Both the position numbers and the translations under genes were made by a program. A stretch of DNA of 64,000 bases from a virus (taxonomy: Duplodnaviria; Caudoviricetes), in IMG/VR virus record IMGVR_UViG_3300028591_000096; one strand, 5' to 3'. Every line of letters begins with the position of its first letter. The stretch's first letter is position 1. Positions 21,739 through 32,628 of this stretch are shown one piece after another. The notes under the pieces were generated by a model. The model searched no databases. It worked only from the letters and a program-made list of their open reading frames with translations, and was not told the DNA's origin.

Positions 21739-22785
21739 ATGGTACATACAAAGTATACTGATATACAGTCAGATTCGAATTTTGATTGGTCTCTGTATGA
21801 AAACGGTTATAATGGGAAAAACCTAGTTCCTAATCGTAGTGTAAAAACAAATAATGGAGATGTTGTATATCGCAATGAGCCTTATGCACAGGAACTTTAC
21901 GATAGAATGGAGGCTAATTTCAGCGGACAGGTTTATACACCAAAGGATCAGATTACGGGATCTATTTATAATGTAAAATCTATCACACAGGTATCAGATC
22001 ACGAGGTTCTTCTTGATACATTTGGAGGAATGTCTGCCGTTGTTGATATGAACAAAGAACATCAATTCATTGACTCTATTGGCTGCGGTAATGTAAAGAA
22101 TTTTATGCTGGCATTGAAGGATCCAGAGTCTAAGGAGATTATTCTTCAACGGGCAAGAACAGCAAAGGTTGTTGAAAACCGTGTTTCTATTTGGGAGGGA
22201 GTTCGAGCAAACATCGAATATGACTTCATGGAACAAGTTAAGAGTGGAAATCCTAGTTATGGATATGCTGCTACAATACTCTCTGTAAATAACGGCGGAT
22301 ATACCGTTGATATTAACGGAATCAAGTGCTTCCTTCCTGGTTCACTTGCTGCAAGCGGTCCTATTACAGATTTTGATGCACTTGTTGGTAAGACTGTAAA
22401 TGTTTGTGTTGTTAACTTCTCTAAGCAGACGAATAACTTCGTTGTTTCACACAAGAAGTATCTTGAACTTACACTTCCTTCTCGTGTTGAGAATGAACTT
22501 ACTCCTGGATTGAGAGTTAATGTTCGTGTTACTGGTCAATCTAAGAATGGATTATTCTGTGCTATTCGTGATGCACACGGTGATTATCCTTTCGCTAGCT
22601 TGATGCATAGAAGCACAATGTCACCAGATATGGAGAGCAGCTTTGATAAAGGTGAGTATATTGTAGGCGATATGTTTATGGCATACGTACATCGTATTGA
22701 CTGGACAGAAGATGGCAAATATCGCATCGTGATTGGCGATCAAATGCCAAAGAACGTTTCAGCAGAAAAAGAAACAGAGGAATAA
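21739..22785 (+). CDS. Ribosomal protein S1-like (S1 domain) RNA-binding protein
   Basis: NNGGYTVDINGIKCFLPGSLA...VVSHKKYL S1 repeat followed by a second S1-like repeat. Confidence 0.8.
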   Translation: MVHTKYTDIQSDSNFDWSLYENGYNGKNLVPNRSVKTNNGDVVYRNEPYAQELYDRMEANFSGQVYTPKDQITGSIYNVKSITQVSDHEVLLDTFGGMSAVVDMNKEHQFIDSIGCGNVKNFMLALKDPESKEIILQRARTAKVVENRVSIWEGVRANIEYDFMEQVKSGNPSYGYAATILSVNNGGYTVDINGIKCFLPGSLAASGPITDFDALVGKTVNVCVVNFSKQTNNFVVSHKKYLELTLPSRVENELTPGLRVNVRVTGQSKNGLFCAIRDAHGDYPFASLMHRSTMSPDMESSFDKGEYIVGDMFMAYVHRIDWTEDGKYRIVIGDQMPKNVSAEKETEE

Positions 22786-23075
22786 TGGGAAATATAGAAA
22801 ATCCAACTATTAATTATGGTGCAGTGATTGACTCACCAAATATTGTATGTGAGTGCGGATGTAAAACATTCACACCAGCAGCAATCCTGAAGAAGGTATC
22901 AAAAATTGTCACAATGACTGGAAGAGATGAGATAGTAGATATTCCAGTTTATGTGTGTACTAAATGTGGGAAGATTCCTCAAGAATATATGGATAAAGGG
23001 AATGCTTCAAGAATTCTTGGTGAATCAAACGACTCTTCTTATAATAAAGAACAAAGTTCAAGTTTAATAATTTAA
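22785..23075 (+). CDS. Zinc-ribbon protein
   Basis: CECGC and CTKCG. Confidence 0.65.
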   Translation: MGNIENPTINYGAVIDSPNIVCECGCKTFTPAAILKKVSKIVTMTGRDEIVDIPVYVCTKCGKIPQEYMDKGNASRILGESNDSSYNKEQSSSLII

Positions 23076-23086
23076 AATAATAAATA

Positions 23087-23554
23087 ATGAGATCAAAAAC
23101 ATCAGAATGGTTTGAGTGTAAAGTTCAGTATGAAAAAGTCATGGAAGATGGCATACAGAAAAAGGTGACTGAACTATATACAGTTGAAGCTTTATCTTTT
23201 ACAGAGGCTGAGGCTAGAATTATTGAAGAAATGTCTGCCTATATTAATGGTGAATATGAAGTAAAGGATATCAAGAAAGCTAAATATAAGGAGATTTGGT
23301 TTTCAGATGATACAAATGCTGATAGATTTTATCAAGCAAAACTTCAATTCATAACAATTGATGAAAAAACAGAAAAGGAAAAGCGTTCAAATTTTGTATG
23401 TCTTGTACAAGCAGCAACATTAAATGGTGCAATAAAAGGAATAGATGAAGTTATGGGTGGAACTATGATTGATTATACAAGTGTAGAAGCTAAAGAGACA
23501 AAAATTTTGGATGTTATTGAACATGTAGTTAAAAATAAAGAGGAAGCTGAATAA
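23087..23554 (+). CDS. DUF4494 family protein (Bacteroidetes-type)
   Basis: WFECKVQYEK, ALSFTEAEARI, TIDEKTEKEK, ETKILDV. Confidence 0.8.
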   Translation: MRSKTSEWFECKVQYEKVMEDGIQKKVTELYTVEALSFTEAEARIIEEMSAYINGEYEVKDIKKAKYKEIWFSDDTNADRFYQAKLQFITIDEKTEKEKRSNFVCLVQAATLNGAIKGIDEVMGGTMIDYTSVEAKETKILDVIEHVVKNKEEAE

Positions 23555-23584
23555 TATCAGCTTCCTTTAAACACTTGATAATAT

Positions 23585-23956
23585 ATGCCATTTTCGTTTG
23601 ATTTCAGTTTAGCTAATGGTGAATTGCACACTGTTGAGGTTTCCCCAAAAGGATGGATAGGACCAATAACAATTGAATATATAGTTGCTCAGGCACATCA
23701 ATATGATACTATGGCTTCAGTTGTTTGGAGAATAAAAGGTACAGAACACTGTTTTACCATTGTTGAGCAAAGATTAAATCATATTTCACATGGAAATTAT
23801 AAGGCGCATTTTCAAGAAGCTCTGGAGAATTTTAGGATTGACTACCTTAACTGGTTCAAAGATGAAAGATACGCCGAATGTGAATGGAAGTATGAATATG
23901 AACAACAGTATGGTAAACTCATCATACCAGATAAAGATAACGGAAGTAAAAGTTAA
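23585..23956 (+). CDS. Hypothetical protein
   Basis: 123-aa ORF in operon. Confidence 0.65.
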   Translation: MPFSFDFSLANGELHTVEVSPKGWIGPITIEYIVAQAHQYDTMASVVWRIKGTEHCFTIVEQRLNHISHGNYKAHFQEALENFRIDYLNWFKDERYAECEWKYEYEQQYGKLIIPDKDNGSKS

Positions 23957-23971
23957 GAATATATCAATAAA

Positions 23972-24781
23972 ATGAAAAAACAGAGAAGATATTTTCAATG
24001 GATTGATGGTGAGATGAAAGGTGACATCGTTACTCTTGAAAGTATAGAAGAGTTTGAAGGTGAAACTTTTTATAATTTTGATGATGGTGAATCGTGCAAT
24101 TTGAGGTTTATTTCTAAGATGACTAATTCACAAATAGATCTTAAAAATAAATTTATGGTTGAAATTGAATCTCCATCTAATCCGTGGACATTCGAAACTA
24201 TACAACCAAAAAAATACGTAGATGAATCAATGAAAGGTGAAGATGTTGATATACCATCTCTTCATGATATTCTACAAGCACATGGTGATACAGCAAATAT
24301 TGAAAATTCTGATATAGGTACAGAAAAACTTGTTCCTCCGAGAAAGGAACAGAGGTTGATTGATCTTCCATCAGTTTCTGATTTCGCTGTTAAATCTGAT
24401 CCTATTATTCCGAAGTCTACAGATAGCAATAGTGTTGTTGAAATCAGTAAACAAGAAGATACTTCAACACAACAGACAACTCAACAAAATATTGTCTTGG
24501 GACAAAAAGAAAATAAAGGAAATGAAACAGTCAATTCATTTGATCCAGTTAGAATTCTTGTTGATTCGTGTAAAAAACATGACACCCCTGTTGAGTTATC
24601 TTTGAATATGAAGATTCCATCTAAGTATATTGCTAATATAGCGTCATCTGAATTTGAAGATGGATTTGATAAGTTTATAGATTGCATAGTAAAAGATATA
24701 GATACACAACTTATCATATCTGAATTAAAAAAAGCATTAAAAACAGCATATTCTGAATCTATCATGGTCGATGAAAATTGA
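23972..24781 (+). CDS. Hypothetical protein
   Basis: 269-aa ORF. Confidence 0.7.
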   Translation: MKKQRRYFQWIDGEMKGDIVTLESIEEFEGETFYNFDDGESCNLRFISKMTNSQIDLKNKFMVEIESPSNPWTFETIQPKKYVDESMKGEDVDIPSLHDILQAHGDTANIENSDIGTEKLVPPRKEQRLIDLPSVSDFAVKSDPIIPKSTDSNSVVEISKQEDTSTQQTTQQNIVLGQKENKGNETVNSFDPVRILVDSCKKHDTPVELSLNMKIPSKYIANIASSEFEDGFDKFIDCIVKDIDTQLIISELKKALKTAYSESIMVDEN

Positions 24782-24845
24782 TCATCATAAAAAATAAAAA
24801 TAAATAACCGTAAGAAACAATAAAAATTTTCACGGTAATTTATTT

Positions 24846-25346
24846 ATGAAATTTTACGCAACAATAGAGCCTTTAAGAAAGCTTAAGAATCTTTTCAGTA
24901 ATCTCAGTTCATTTTACATTATAGATGTAGATACAATACTTAAAGAATCTGGTTTGAATCCAGATAAACCAACACACAAATATCTTATAAACACAGAGCT
25001 TGAAAGGCTTATTGTGTCTGGTGCAAAATCCAAACGATATATTGGTATGATCTACATTAATAGTAATTTGAATTGTGATACTATCGTTGCTATAAAGAAC
25101 TCTATAAATGTAATTACAAATTCTGTTATAGAAAGCTATGTTATTCTTGATGATTTTGACATACCTAAGGTAAACGATTATTATTCTTTGTTTGATGAGG
25201 TTGTTTTCTTCCCATCTCTTAGAAAGACAAAATTGATCGAGTGTGTTCCTAGAATAATACCGAAAATAAACAATCTTATTAATGATAAAGAAAATAAAAA
25301 ATTGGCTGAAGAAAATATTCTTAAAGAAGAATCTGAAGCCAAATAA
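24846..25346 (+). CDS. Hypothetical protein
   Basis: 166-aa ORF. Confidence 0.65.
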   Translation: MKFYATIEPLRKLKNLFSNLSSFYIIDVDTILKESGLNPDKPTHKYLINTELERLIVSGAKSKRYIGMIYINSNLNCDTIVAIKNSINVITNSVIESYVILDDFDIPKVNDYYSLFDEVVFFPSLRKTKLIECVPRIIPKINNLINDKENKKLAEENILKEESEAK

Positions 25347-25432
25347 GAATCCTAAACAGACAGAGTTGGTTGCTGGAGGATTTATAAAAGCACCAGAACA
25401 ATATTGCGTAAAGATTAAGGGATTTAATAATA

Positions 25433-26302
25433 ATGATACTAAAAAGAGGAAAGTGGAAAAACATAAGTAATCTTGACAAATACCAACAAATGCGAGACCA
25501 TATTAGAAACAGCTATAATGGTCTCGTTTTTGTCAGTGACGGTCATAGATATTACTATAATGGGAAGCAACTTGAAAGTGTTAGTAATATAACACATCTG
25601 TTTACTCCTAAATTTGACGCAGAATTAAAATCAAAGGAGATGTATGAAAAATATTATAATGATCCTACATCAAAATATTATCATATGACTCAGGATCAGA
25701 TTATTGAACAATGGATTACAATAAAAGATACTGCGTGTGATAACGGAACAAATGTACATGAGTTCGGTGAAAGTTGTTTCTATTTTATGACTTATCAGGA
25801 TGAAAAGATTTTTCCAGCTTTCAAGGATAGACTAAATGGTGATGAATTTTATAGTATGTCACAAAAGGAAGATGCGGTTGTTAAGTTTTGGACAGATCTT
25901 CCTACGTGTTTTGTACCAATAGCATCAGAGAACCAGGTTTGTAGAGAAGATCTAGGATACTCTGGTACATTCGATCTTCTGTTTTACTATGACGCTGAGA
26001 TTGATGGAAATCCAGCAGAAAAATCTGGATTTGTTATATTCGATTATAAGACAAACAAGGATTTATATAAGAATTTTAGAGGTGAAAGAATGCTTCAGCC
26101 TTTTACAGAACTTTTAAATTGCAGCTTTAATGTTTATCAGTTACAGTTAAGCTTATATCAGCTTGCTCTTGAGTCAATAGGATTCAGAATAATAGGAAGA
26201 AGAATCATATGGTTAAAAGAAGATTCGAATTATGAGAAGATAAACACAAACTCGTATACAACCCATATATATTATGCATTAATTAATAAAAAATGTCAAT
26301 AG
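25433..26302 (+). CDS. PD-(D/E)XK exonuclease (RecB/Cas4-like phage nuclease)
   Basis: SVSNI, GTNVH, SGTFDLL, FDYKTN, YQLQLSLY. Confidence 0.8.
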   Translation: MILKRGKWKNISNLDKYQQMRDHIRNSYNGLVFVSDGHRYYYNGKQLESVSNITHLFTPKFDAELKSKEMYEKYYNDPTSKYYHMTQDQIIEQWITIKDTACDNGTNVHEFGESCFYFMTYQDEKIFPAFKDRLNGDEFYSMSQKEDAVVKFWTDLPTCFVPIASENQVCREDLGYSGTFDLLFYYDAEIDGNPAEKSGFVIFDYKTNKDLYKNFRGERMLQPFTELLNCSFNVYQLQLSLYQLALESIGFRIIGRRIIWLKEDSNYEKINTNSYTTHIYYALINKKCQ

Positions 26303-26318
26303 TTGACATCTTTTTATT

Positions 26319-27332
26319 TTATGGAAGTCCTGGTATTCCGAATGTTCTTTTTCCAGCTGGCTCAAATCCAGTAGCAAGGAAAACAAGGAACCTTATGTTT
26401 GAAACTGAAAGTTTTTCATATCGTGGAATAGCATCGGCATCAGCCAGAGTTTGCATCAACATAGTAACAGCGTTTCTTATTATAGATGGATCAAATTTAG
26501 GTAGACTTCCAAACGATCCAGCATCAAAATTACCAGATTGTGCAGAAGATGCACCAGCAGCACCCATCGACAAGATCTTTGCTTGTTTTATCTTTCCGTT
26601 TGATTCTCTTATCTTATTTTCAGCTTTAGAAATCATCTGATCAACAGAGTCTGGTATATTATTTGTAGTTGATTGATTACTGTTTGCTATACTTATATCA
26701 ACTTTTGTTATACTTTTTGGTGTTGGAAAGAATGCCATTCCAGCACCGTTTACATTCATTATAGTAACACTGTTTATCATAGTAACTATAGAATCTATAA
26801 CAGATAATATAGTGTTTGCTGTCGCAGCAGCAGAAGCCATCGTTGATGACATTGTTGCATTGATAGGATCCTTTGCGGATCCCTTTCCATATAATATTCC
26901 ACAGAGTACCGATTTTGTTAACGTTGCTATAGTTATCTGAATCCCAGTTTTTATCAGTTCAATTCTGTATTTCAATATCTGAAATTTTTTTAATATAATT
27001 TGAGTAGCAAGATATTTTGTATACTTAGAATCAACGGTTAATACAAGATTTGTTACATCGTGTGGTACACCAGATAAAACGTTTGTTATAGATGATGTCA
27101 TTACATTCTGAACATCAAGTATAGCATTTTGTACTTTATCCAAAATAATAAGTACTTCTTGCATTTTGCAAAGATCGATCTTCTTCGGTATAGAATTTTC
27201 TAAATCTTTTTCTATACTATCAAGTTGTTCTTCTGCGTGACAAACAGCATCATACGCTGAGAATAATCGTAATGAGTCGTCTGATGTTTCGTTTGGTTTA
27301 CCAGTTATTTTTGCACTGCTATCAGAAGTCAT
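26319..27332 (-). CDS. Hypothetical protein (probably virion)
   Basis: 337-aa ORF on the minus strand. Confidence 0.65.
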   Translation of the reverse strand: MTSDSSAKITGKPNETSDDSLRLFSAYDAVCHAEEQLDSIEKDLENSIPKKIDLCKMQEVLIILDKVQNAILDVQNVMTSSITNVLSGVPHDVTNLVLTVDSKYTKYLATQIILKKFQILKYRIELIKTGIQITIATLTKSVLCGILYGKGSAKDPINATMSSTMASAAATANTILSVIDSIVTMINSVTIMNVNGAGMAFFPTPKSITKVDISIANSNQSTTNNIPDSVDQMISKAENKIRESNGKIKQAKILSMGAAGASSAQSGNFDAGSFGSLPKFDPSIIRNAVTMLMQTLADADAIPRYEKLSVSNIRFLVFLATGFEPAGKRTFGIPGLP

Positions 27333-27442
27333 TTATTTATTTGTTTGTTTTTTAATTCAAAAATAAAGTTGTATATTTGCAACGAGGAATTTTCTTTCAT
27401 ATTTATTCCTAATATATATTAAAATTAAAACAGAAAGATTCA

Positions 27443-28948
27443 ATGATAGTTAACACTGAGATTCATGATTATACTCGGAATGGTGTTCCTGTGCTTGATC
27501 AATATGGTAGAGCACAAAAATTCTTGTATATATCATATGTAGATAAAAATCAGACAATAAAACCATTTTTTTGGATGATACCTAATGAACTGATGTATCA
27601 ATGGAAATATGCTACTAAAGATGATACACCAGATCCATTGTATAAATCATGGGATGGTAAACCTGTTGTAAAAAAGCCAATAACAGATAAATTTTCTGAA
27701 CAAAGGGTTCATGAAATTATTATGGATCTTGAAAGATGGTTTCCAGAAAATGAGCAGCTTAAAGAGATACGTCAGATGTATATACCTAAAACTTCATATA
27801 TGGATATTGAAGTGGATGTTGATGATGATGGATTTCCAGAAGCAAAGGATGCTAAGAGACCAATAAACACGGTTGCTATAGTTGTTGAAGATGTTGTGTA
27901 TGTATTAGGTCTTGCAAATTTGACACAAGGTGAAATACAATGGATTCAGGATGAGATAACAAAACATTGTGCAAGATTTGATACAGATTATAAATTTGTA
28001 TATAGGTATCATGCATCTGAGTTTTCGCTTATGAATGATCTTGTATTTAGTTTTATAGATAAACTTGAGTGTGTTACTGGTTGGAACTGGTTTGGATATG
28101 ACTGGCCTTATATCTGTAATCGTGCACATAAGATTGGTCTTGATATTACTGGACTTTCTCCAACAAAAACATGGTTCCAATATAAACCACAGGATGTTTC
28201 TGCTGATGCAATAAAGCTTCCAATGCATAAATGCATGTATGACTATATGGAACTTTATAAGAAGCACGATCGATCGATTTCTCCAAAGGTAAGTAATAAA
28301 CTTGATTGGGTATCAGATAAAGTTTTAGGTGTTAAAAAGGTTGTTCATCAACTTGGGTTTAAAGAAATGTGGGAGAAGCAGAAGAAGGAATACGTATTCT
28401 ATAATGCTATTGATAGTGTACTTGTTAGGGAGATTGATAAGAAATTAAAAACAAGTTCTGTGATGTTTGGTTTGGCATCTCTTATGAATGTACCTGTGTT
28501 GTCAACGTATAGTTCAACAAAGAGTATTGAAATTGTCCAGGCAGAATATCTTTATAGGGAGAATAAGGTTTTTCCTGTTACAAAAAAAGATAAAGAAAAG
28601 AAAGAATATGAGGGTGCGTTTGTCTTTGCTCCTATTCCTGGAATATACAGAAATGTATATTGTCTTGACTACGCATCTCTTTATCCAACAACTATGCGAC
28701 AGTTTAATATATCTCCTGATACGCTATTATTTAAAGATAAGAACTATGTTCCTAAGGATAATGAAATAAAGTGTACAAATGGATGTGTTTATACAAACGA
28801 GTTTGAAGGATTTATTCCAAAGATTCTTAGTGATTACTTTGCTAAGCGTAAGGAATATAAGAAAATGATGATGAAAGCGGAAAAAGAAAAGTACCGTTTG
28901 ATGGAAATATTAAAAGAAAGAGAAAAGAAACTTAAATCAAATTTATAA
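27443..28948 (+). CDS. Family B DNA polymerase, N-terminal subunit (3'-5' exonuclease + motif A)
   Basis: MDIEV (ExoI), TGWNWFGYDWPY (ExoII), YNAID (ExoIII), YEGAFV, DYASLYP; ends in the fingers helix RKEYKKMM. Confidence 0.9.
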   Translation: MIVNTEIHDYTRNGVPVLDQYGRAQKFLYISYVDKNQTIKPFFWMIPNELMYQWKYATKDDTPDPLYKSWDGKPVVKKPITDKFSEQRVHEIIMDLERWFPENEQLKEIRQMYIPKTSYMDIEVDVDDDGFPEAKDAKRPINTVAIVVEDVVYVLGLANLTQGEIQWIQDEITKHCARFDTDYKFVYRYHASEFSLMNDLVFSFIDKLECVTGWNWFGYDWPYICNRAHKIGLDITGLSPTKTWFQYKPQDVSADAIKLPMHKCMYDYMELYKKHDRSISPKVSNKLDWVSDKVLGVKKVVHQLGFKEMWEKQKKEYVFYNAIDSVLVREIDKKLKTSSVMFGLASLMNVPVLSTYSSTKSIEIVQAEYLYRENKVFPVTKKDKEKKEYEGAFVFAPIPGIYRNVYCLDYASLYPTTMRQFNISPDTLLFKDKNYVPKDNEIKCTNGCVYTNEFEGFIPKILSDYFAKRKEYKKMMMKAEKEKYRLMEILKEREKKLKSNL

Positions 28949-28950
28949 TC

Positions 28951-29397
28951 ATGATTACAGAAGGAGTTATTTGCACAAGGTGCGCACACGAACTTGAATT
29001 AGAGGATATCTTGGAAGGTGAAGAAGATTATGGTAATACTTATGTTTTTTACTGTCCATATTGTGGTGCAAGATATGAATGTACAGAAGTACCAGAATCA
29101 GAAAGAAGTGAATATGATTTCTATGCTAATGGAGAAGAAGACATTTCTATGCGTATAGATGAACCAGATATATTGAATGGACACTGTACTAATTGTGGAC
29201 ACAATGTATCAATGAGTAATAATTTTATGCTTTCTGATTATGATGACTTAATTACTGATGAGAATGATGATAAGATGAATTTTATCCTTAATCAGTGCCC
29301 ATATTGCGGGATGCAGGAAGTAAGATGGGATAATTCAGAGAATGAAAAATATATCTATCCATACTGGAAAGAAGATTTGGAGTCAGGTTCAGAATAA
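28951..29397 (+). CDS. Zinc-finger protein (four CxxC pairs)
   Basis: CTRC, CPYCG, CTNCG, CPYCG. Confidence 0.7.
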   Translation: MITEGVICTRCAHELELEDILEGEEDYGNTYVFYCPYCGARYECTEVPESERSEYDFYANGEEDISMRIDEPDILNGHCTNCGHNVSMSNNFMLSDYDDLITDENDDKMNFILNQCPYCGMQEVRWDNSENEKYIYPYWKEDLESGSE

Positions 29398-29433
29398 ATA
29401 TCTAAATAAAGATGTTTATAAGTGAAATGAAAA

Positions 29434-30211
29434 ATGAATGAATTTAACATGTCGGATTTTGAAAAAGAAGCTTTTGCTTATATGTTTGAAAACAGAAATT
29501 TTAATGGTAAGAAGAACGACTAATGGTAGAAATACTACAGATAATAGAACAAAATCTAACTCTTTTGCATTATTCGGTGACAATATTGTTACTACTACAA
29601 GTAATAATACTATTGATTTGTTTAGTAAAGCTGTCAAAAAAAGTAAAGAAACAGATTGCATTAAACAAATTGGATCACAACATGTTGATGAAAAACCAGA
29701 ATCACCTGAACTCAGCATTAAGGAAGTTAGACATAAAGCTAAAAGAGGATTCAGATCACTTAAAATCAATAAAGACAATATTGGTTCAGAGGGTGATTCC
29801 ATTGATGTCAAAGGACAAAGTGGTTCAAAGATTAACGGAGGAGATAAACCATCTGGAACTGAATCAAGAAAATTCAAAACAGAAGATAATCGATCTGTCT
29901 ATAAAGTTGGACGAAATCAACAAAGAGTACAAGAGAACGAAGGAGGAACTGGAATTCGTAAAAACAACAATTCCAATTCAGAAACTTTAGATTTTAGTAA
30001 ATATCCTATTGGAGAGTTTGATGTAACAGACAAGATACAAAATTATTCAATTCAAGGGCAACCTAGAATTATAGATGATTTTACTTATGAGATTATAATT
30101 GATGGCAAAAGATATAAAGTTTCTCAATGGTCTATAAAAGGAGGGCAATATATACAGGGACTTGATAGTATATTTATTGTTAGTAAGTATAATGTTAGAA
30201 AGCATAAATAA
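29434..30211 (+). CDS. Hypothetical late protein, probably frameshifted near 29509
   Basis: The frame from 29434 (MNEFNMSDFEKEAFAYMFEN...) stops at 29523; the long frame continues at +1. Confidence 0.45.
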
Positions 30212-30265
30212 AAACATTATAGTCTAAAAATATATTAATACAGATTAAATCTGTTATATTTCTAT

Positions 30266-31421
30266 ATGATTAATAAAAAATACGATCTGAATTGAATGAA
30301 GAATTACATATACCAGACAAAGAAAATGTAGATCTTTTTGTTGATGATGTTGTAAAAGAAATATATAAAGGAACATCATCAGTTTTATATCTTCATATGC
30401 CATTTACAGGAAATACGGAACCTGGTAATGTGAGTGTGCTTAACAGTTAAATAAATATTTAAACAAAACTTAACATTTTTAGTAAAAAACAAATAGGGTG
30501 CAGTACACCCGAATTTAAGCTTGTGGAGAACCCAACTATGGATGACCCAATCAGAAATGATTCGCTAAAAAGTAGTGGCTCTGTGAAGCAAGAAGTTAAT
30601 AAAGCACGAAGTTCAACTTTGTGTAAGTTTTAATATACTGTATTGATTATTCGTATATAAGAATTGTCGTTTCTGTTGCGAAAGGTGAATATAATTATAA
30701 TGTATTATATGATAAGATCAAAACATGTCTGAGACATGAATTTGCTCATATGTATAAAGAGATTGTTTCCCATACTGTGTTTGAATTATCGGATAAATCG
30801 GAAAACACAAAAGATTTTACGATTGGATATGATAACATCGTTGAAGCATTGAAACATATAAACTTCGATAAAAAGGAAGAATTTAAGTTTCTAAGTATGT
30901 TGTATAAATGTTCATATGTTGAACGAGATGCTAACATATCATCATTCTATCAAACACTATTGAATAACGCATCAAAAATAGAAAATATAAAAGATATATC
31001 ATCATATAAAGAATATTATGAATACGAAGATTATAAATCTATATTCGACACAGACATTTTAAATTTGTTTGAAAAGTACAAAAATGATATTCAATATATG
31101 TATGGTAAAAACATAAATACTGTTGATAGATTTTCTACAATTATGAAAAAACATATAGATACTGTATTAGATAAAATGTCGAAAGTTTATTATAGTATCA
31201 AAAATATAATAGAAACATCAAATATAACAGAATCATCAAATTATGATCAAATAAAGAACGATTATAAAGAGAGATTCAGAAAAATGATATTCCCAGAAAG
31301 CAAATTTTATGACATAAACGAAAATCTTGTTTCAGAATCTTGGTTAAAAGATTACATGAGAACACAATCTAACGGAAATATAAGGATATTAGAGTTTATA
31401 TTTGACAATGACGGAAATTAA
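30266..31421 (+). pseudogene. HExxH (zincin-like) protein interrupted by MITE copy B
   Basis: Removing 30436-30641 restores ...GNTEPGNVSIDYSYIRIVV...LRHEFAHMYKE in frame; there is also an apparent 1-nt loss in the A6 run near the ATG. Confidence 0.7.
30436..30641 (+). mobile_element. IS607-like MITE copy B
   Basis: Same ends as copy A; encodes the TnpB-like tail KQIGCSTPEFKLVENPTMDD...LKSSGSVKQE. Confidence 0.85.
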
Positions 31422-31466
31422 ATCCGTCATTTTTGCAGATAAATAGTAAAATAATTACTTACGATC

Positions 31467-32177
31467 GTGAGTACAATTAAGTCAGACAGAACAGATTTTG
31501 AGAAATTATTAAACGGATTGGATCCTATTACTCCAGCAAATGCTCCATCAGAGGCTGATGTTATCGTTTCAAGCCAACCAGTACAGACATCAACTGTACA
31601 GACGGTTGTTGATTCTACATCGGCTGCTGAAACTATGCAGGTAAAAATGCTTAATTTTGATTACGATTCTATAAAGAAGGGATTACGAAAGAAAGCAAGA
31701 AAAACAATACTTGGTATAGTTAAGCATATTATACCTAATGATATAATAGACGAGGAATATGTTCAGGATAAAATAGAACAGGATATAGAAACACTCGCTG
31801 ATCTTTATATGCAAAAAGAGAATAATGTTGTGATGCAAAGATCTATTATGGAGCAAGTAAATGCTGGTAATGCTATGCCACGTAACTATGAAGTGTTTGG
31901 ACAGCTTACAGATAAAATACAATCTATAAATAAGCAAATATTTGATACTGAACAGAGAATGCGTAAGACGTATGTTGATCTTAAATACGAAATACGTGAC
32001 AAGATTGGTGAGGATTTTGCTACTGGATTGTCTGGAAATACATCATCAACACCTAAGATAGAAAATCAGTCAGGCATGGTAGTTACATCTACAAAAAATC
32101 TTATAGCTGGAGCAAGGCAAAGACACATAGATAAAATAAATAATACAGAAGAAGCAGAATTTAAAGTTAAACAATGA
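31467..32177 (+). CDS. Terminase small subunit (gp16-like)
   Basis: PRNYEVFGQL and VTSTKNLI match gp16-type motifs; lies upstream of the large terminase. Confidence 0.65.
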   Translation: MSTIKSDRTDFEKLLNGLDPITPANAPSEADVIVSSQPVQTSTVQTVVDSTSAAETMQVKMLNFDYDSIKKGLRKKARKTILGIVKHIIPNDIIDEEYVQDKIEQDIETLADLYMQKENNVVMQRSIMEQVNAGNAMPRNYEVFGQLTDKIQSINKQIFDTEQRMRKTYVDLKYEIRDKIGEDFATGLSGNTSSTPKIENQSGMVVTSTKNLIAGARQRHIDKINNTEEAEFKVKQ

Positions 32178-32554
32178 AGGTAAAGGAGATATACATAAGA
32201 GACGATAAGGATCCATACTATGATCCGACAATTATTGATTATCAAAACGAAGTTGAGTCTGTAATATCACAGATAAGAATGATACTCGGGACATTAAACG
32301 GTCAGGTTTTTGGTGATTATGATTTTGGTATAGATCTTGAGTATATGGTGTTTAATACAACATACGCCGCAAGTAAGGTTATGGAGAAATTAAATGAACA
32401 GATTAACAAATATGTGTACCATTCTGACAATATAAGTATATCTTGTGATATTAATTTTGGCGATTCTGGAGAGGGTTATGACTACGCTGTGCTTGATATT
32501 TATATAAACGGAGCAAAAAGTATAGGTTTCTTAATAGATAAGAATGATAGATAA
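32174..32554 (+). CDS. Baseplate gp25-like protein
   Basis: QIRMILGTLNGQVFGDYDFGIDLEYMVF. Confidence 0.75.
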   Translation: MKVKEIYIRDDKDPYYDPTIIDYQNEVESVISQIRMILGTLNGQVFGDYDFGIDLEYMVFNTTYAASKVMEKLNEQINKYVYHSDNISISCDINFGDSGEGYDYAVLDIYINGAKSIGFLIDKNDR

Positions 32555-32628
32555 GTGAACTGGCTGGTTCCTGTCTGTGTGGTATCGCAAAGAATAGCGA
32601 TACCTTTTTTAAATATAACAATTTCATA

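Noticed and set aside
25433-26302. Cas4 as part of a CRISPR-Cas locus
   Set aside because: No Fe-S cysteine cluster, no other cas genes and no array; an ordinary phage PD-(D/E)XK nuclease.
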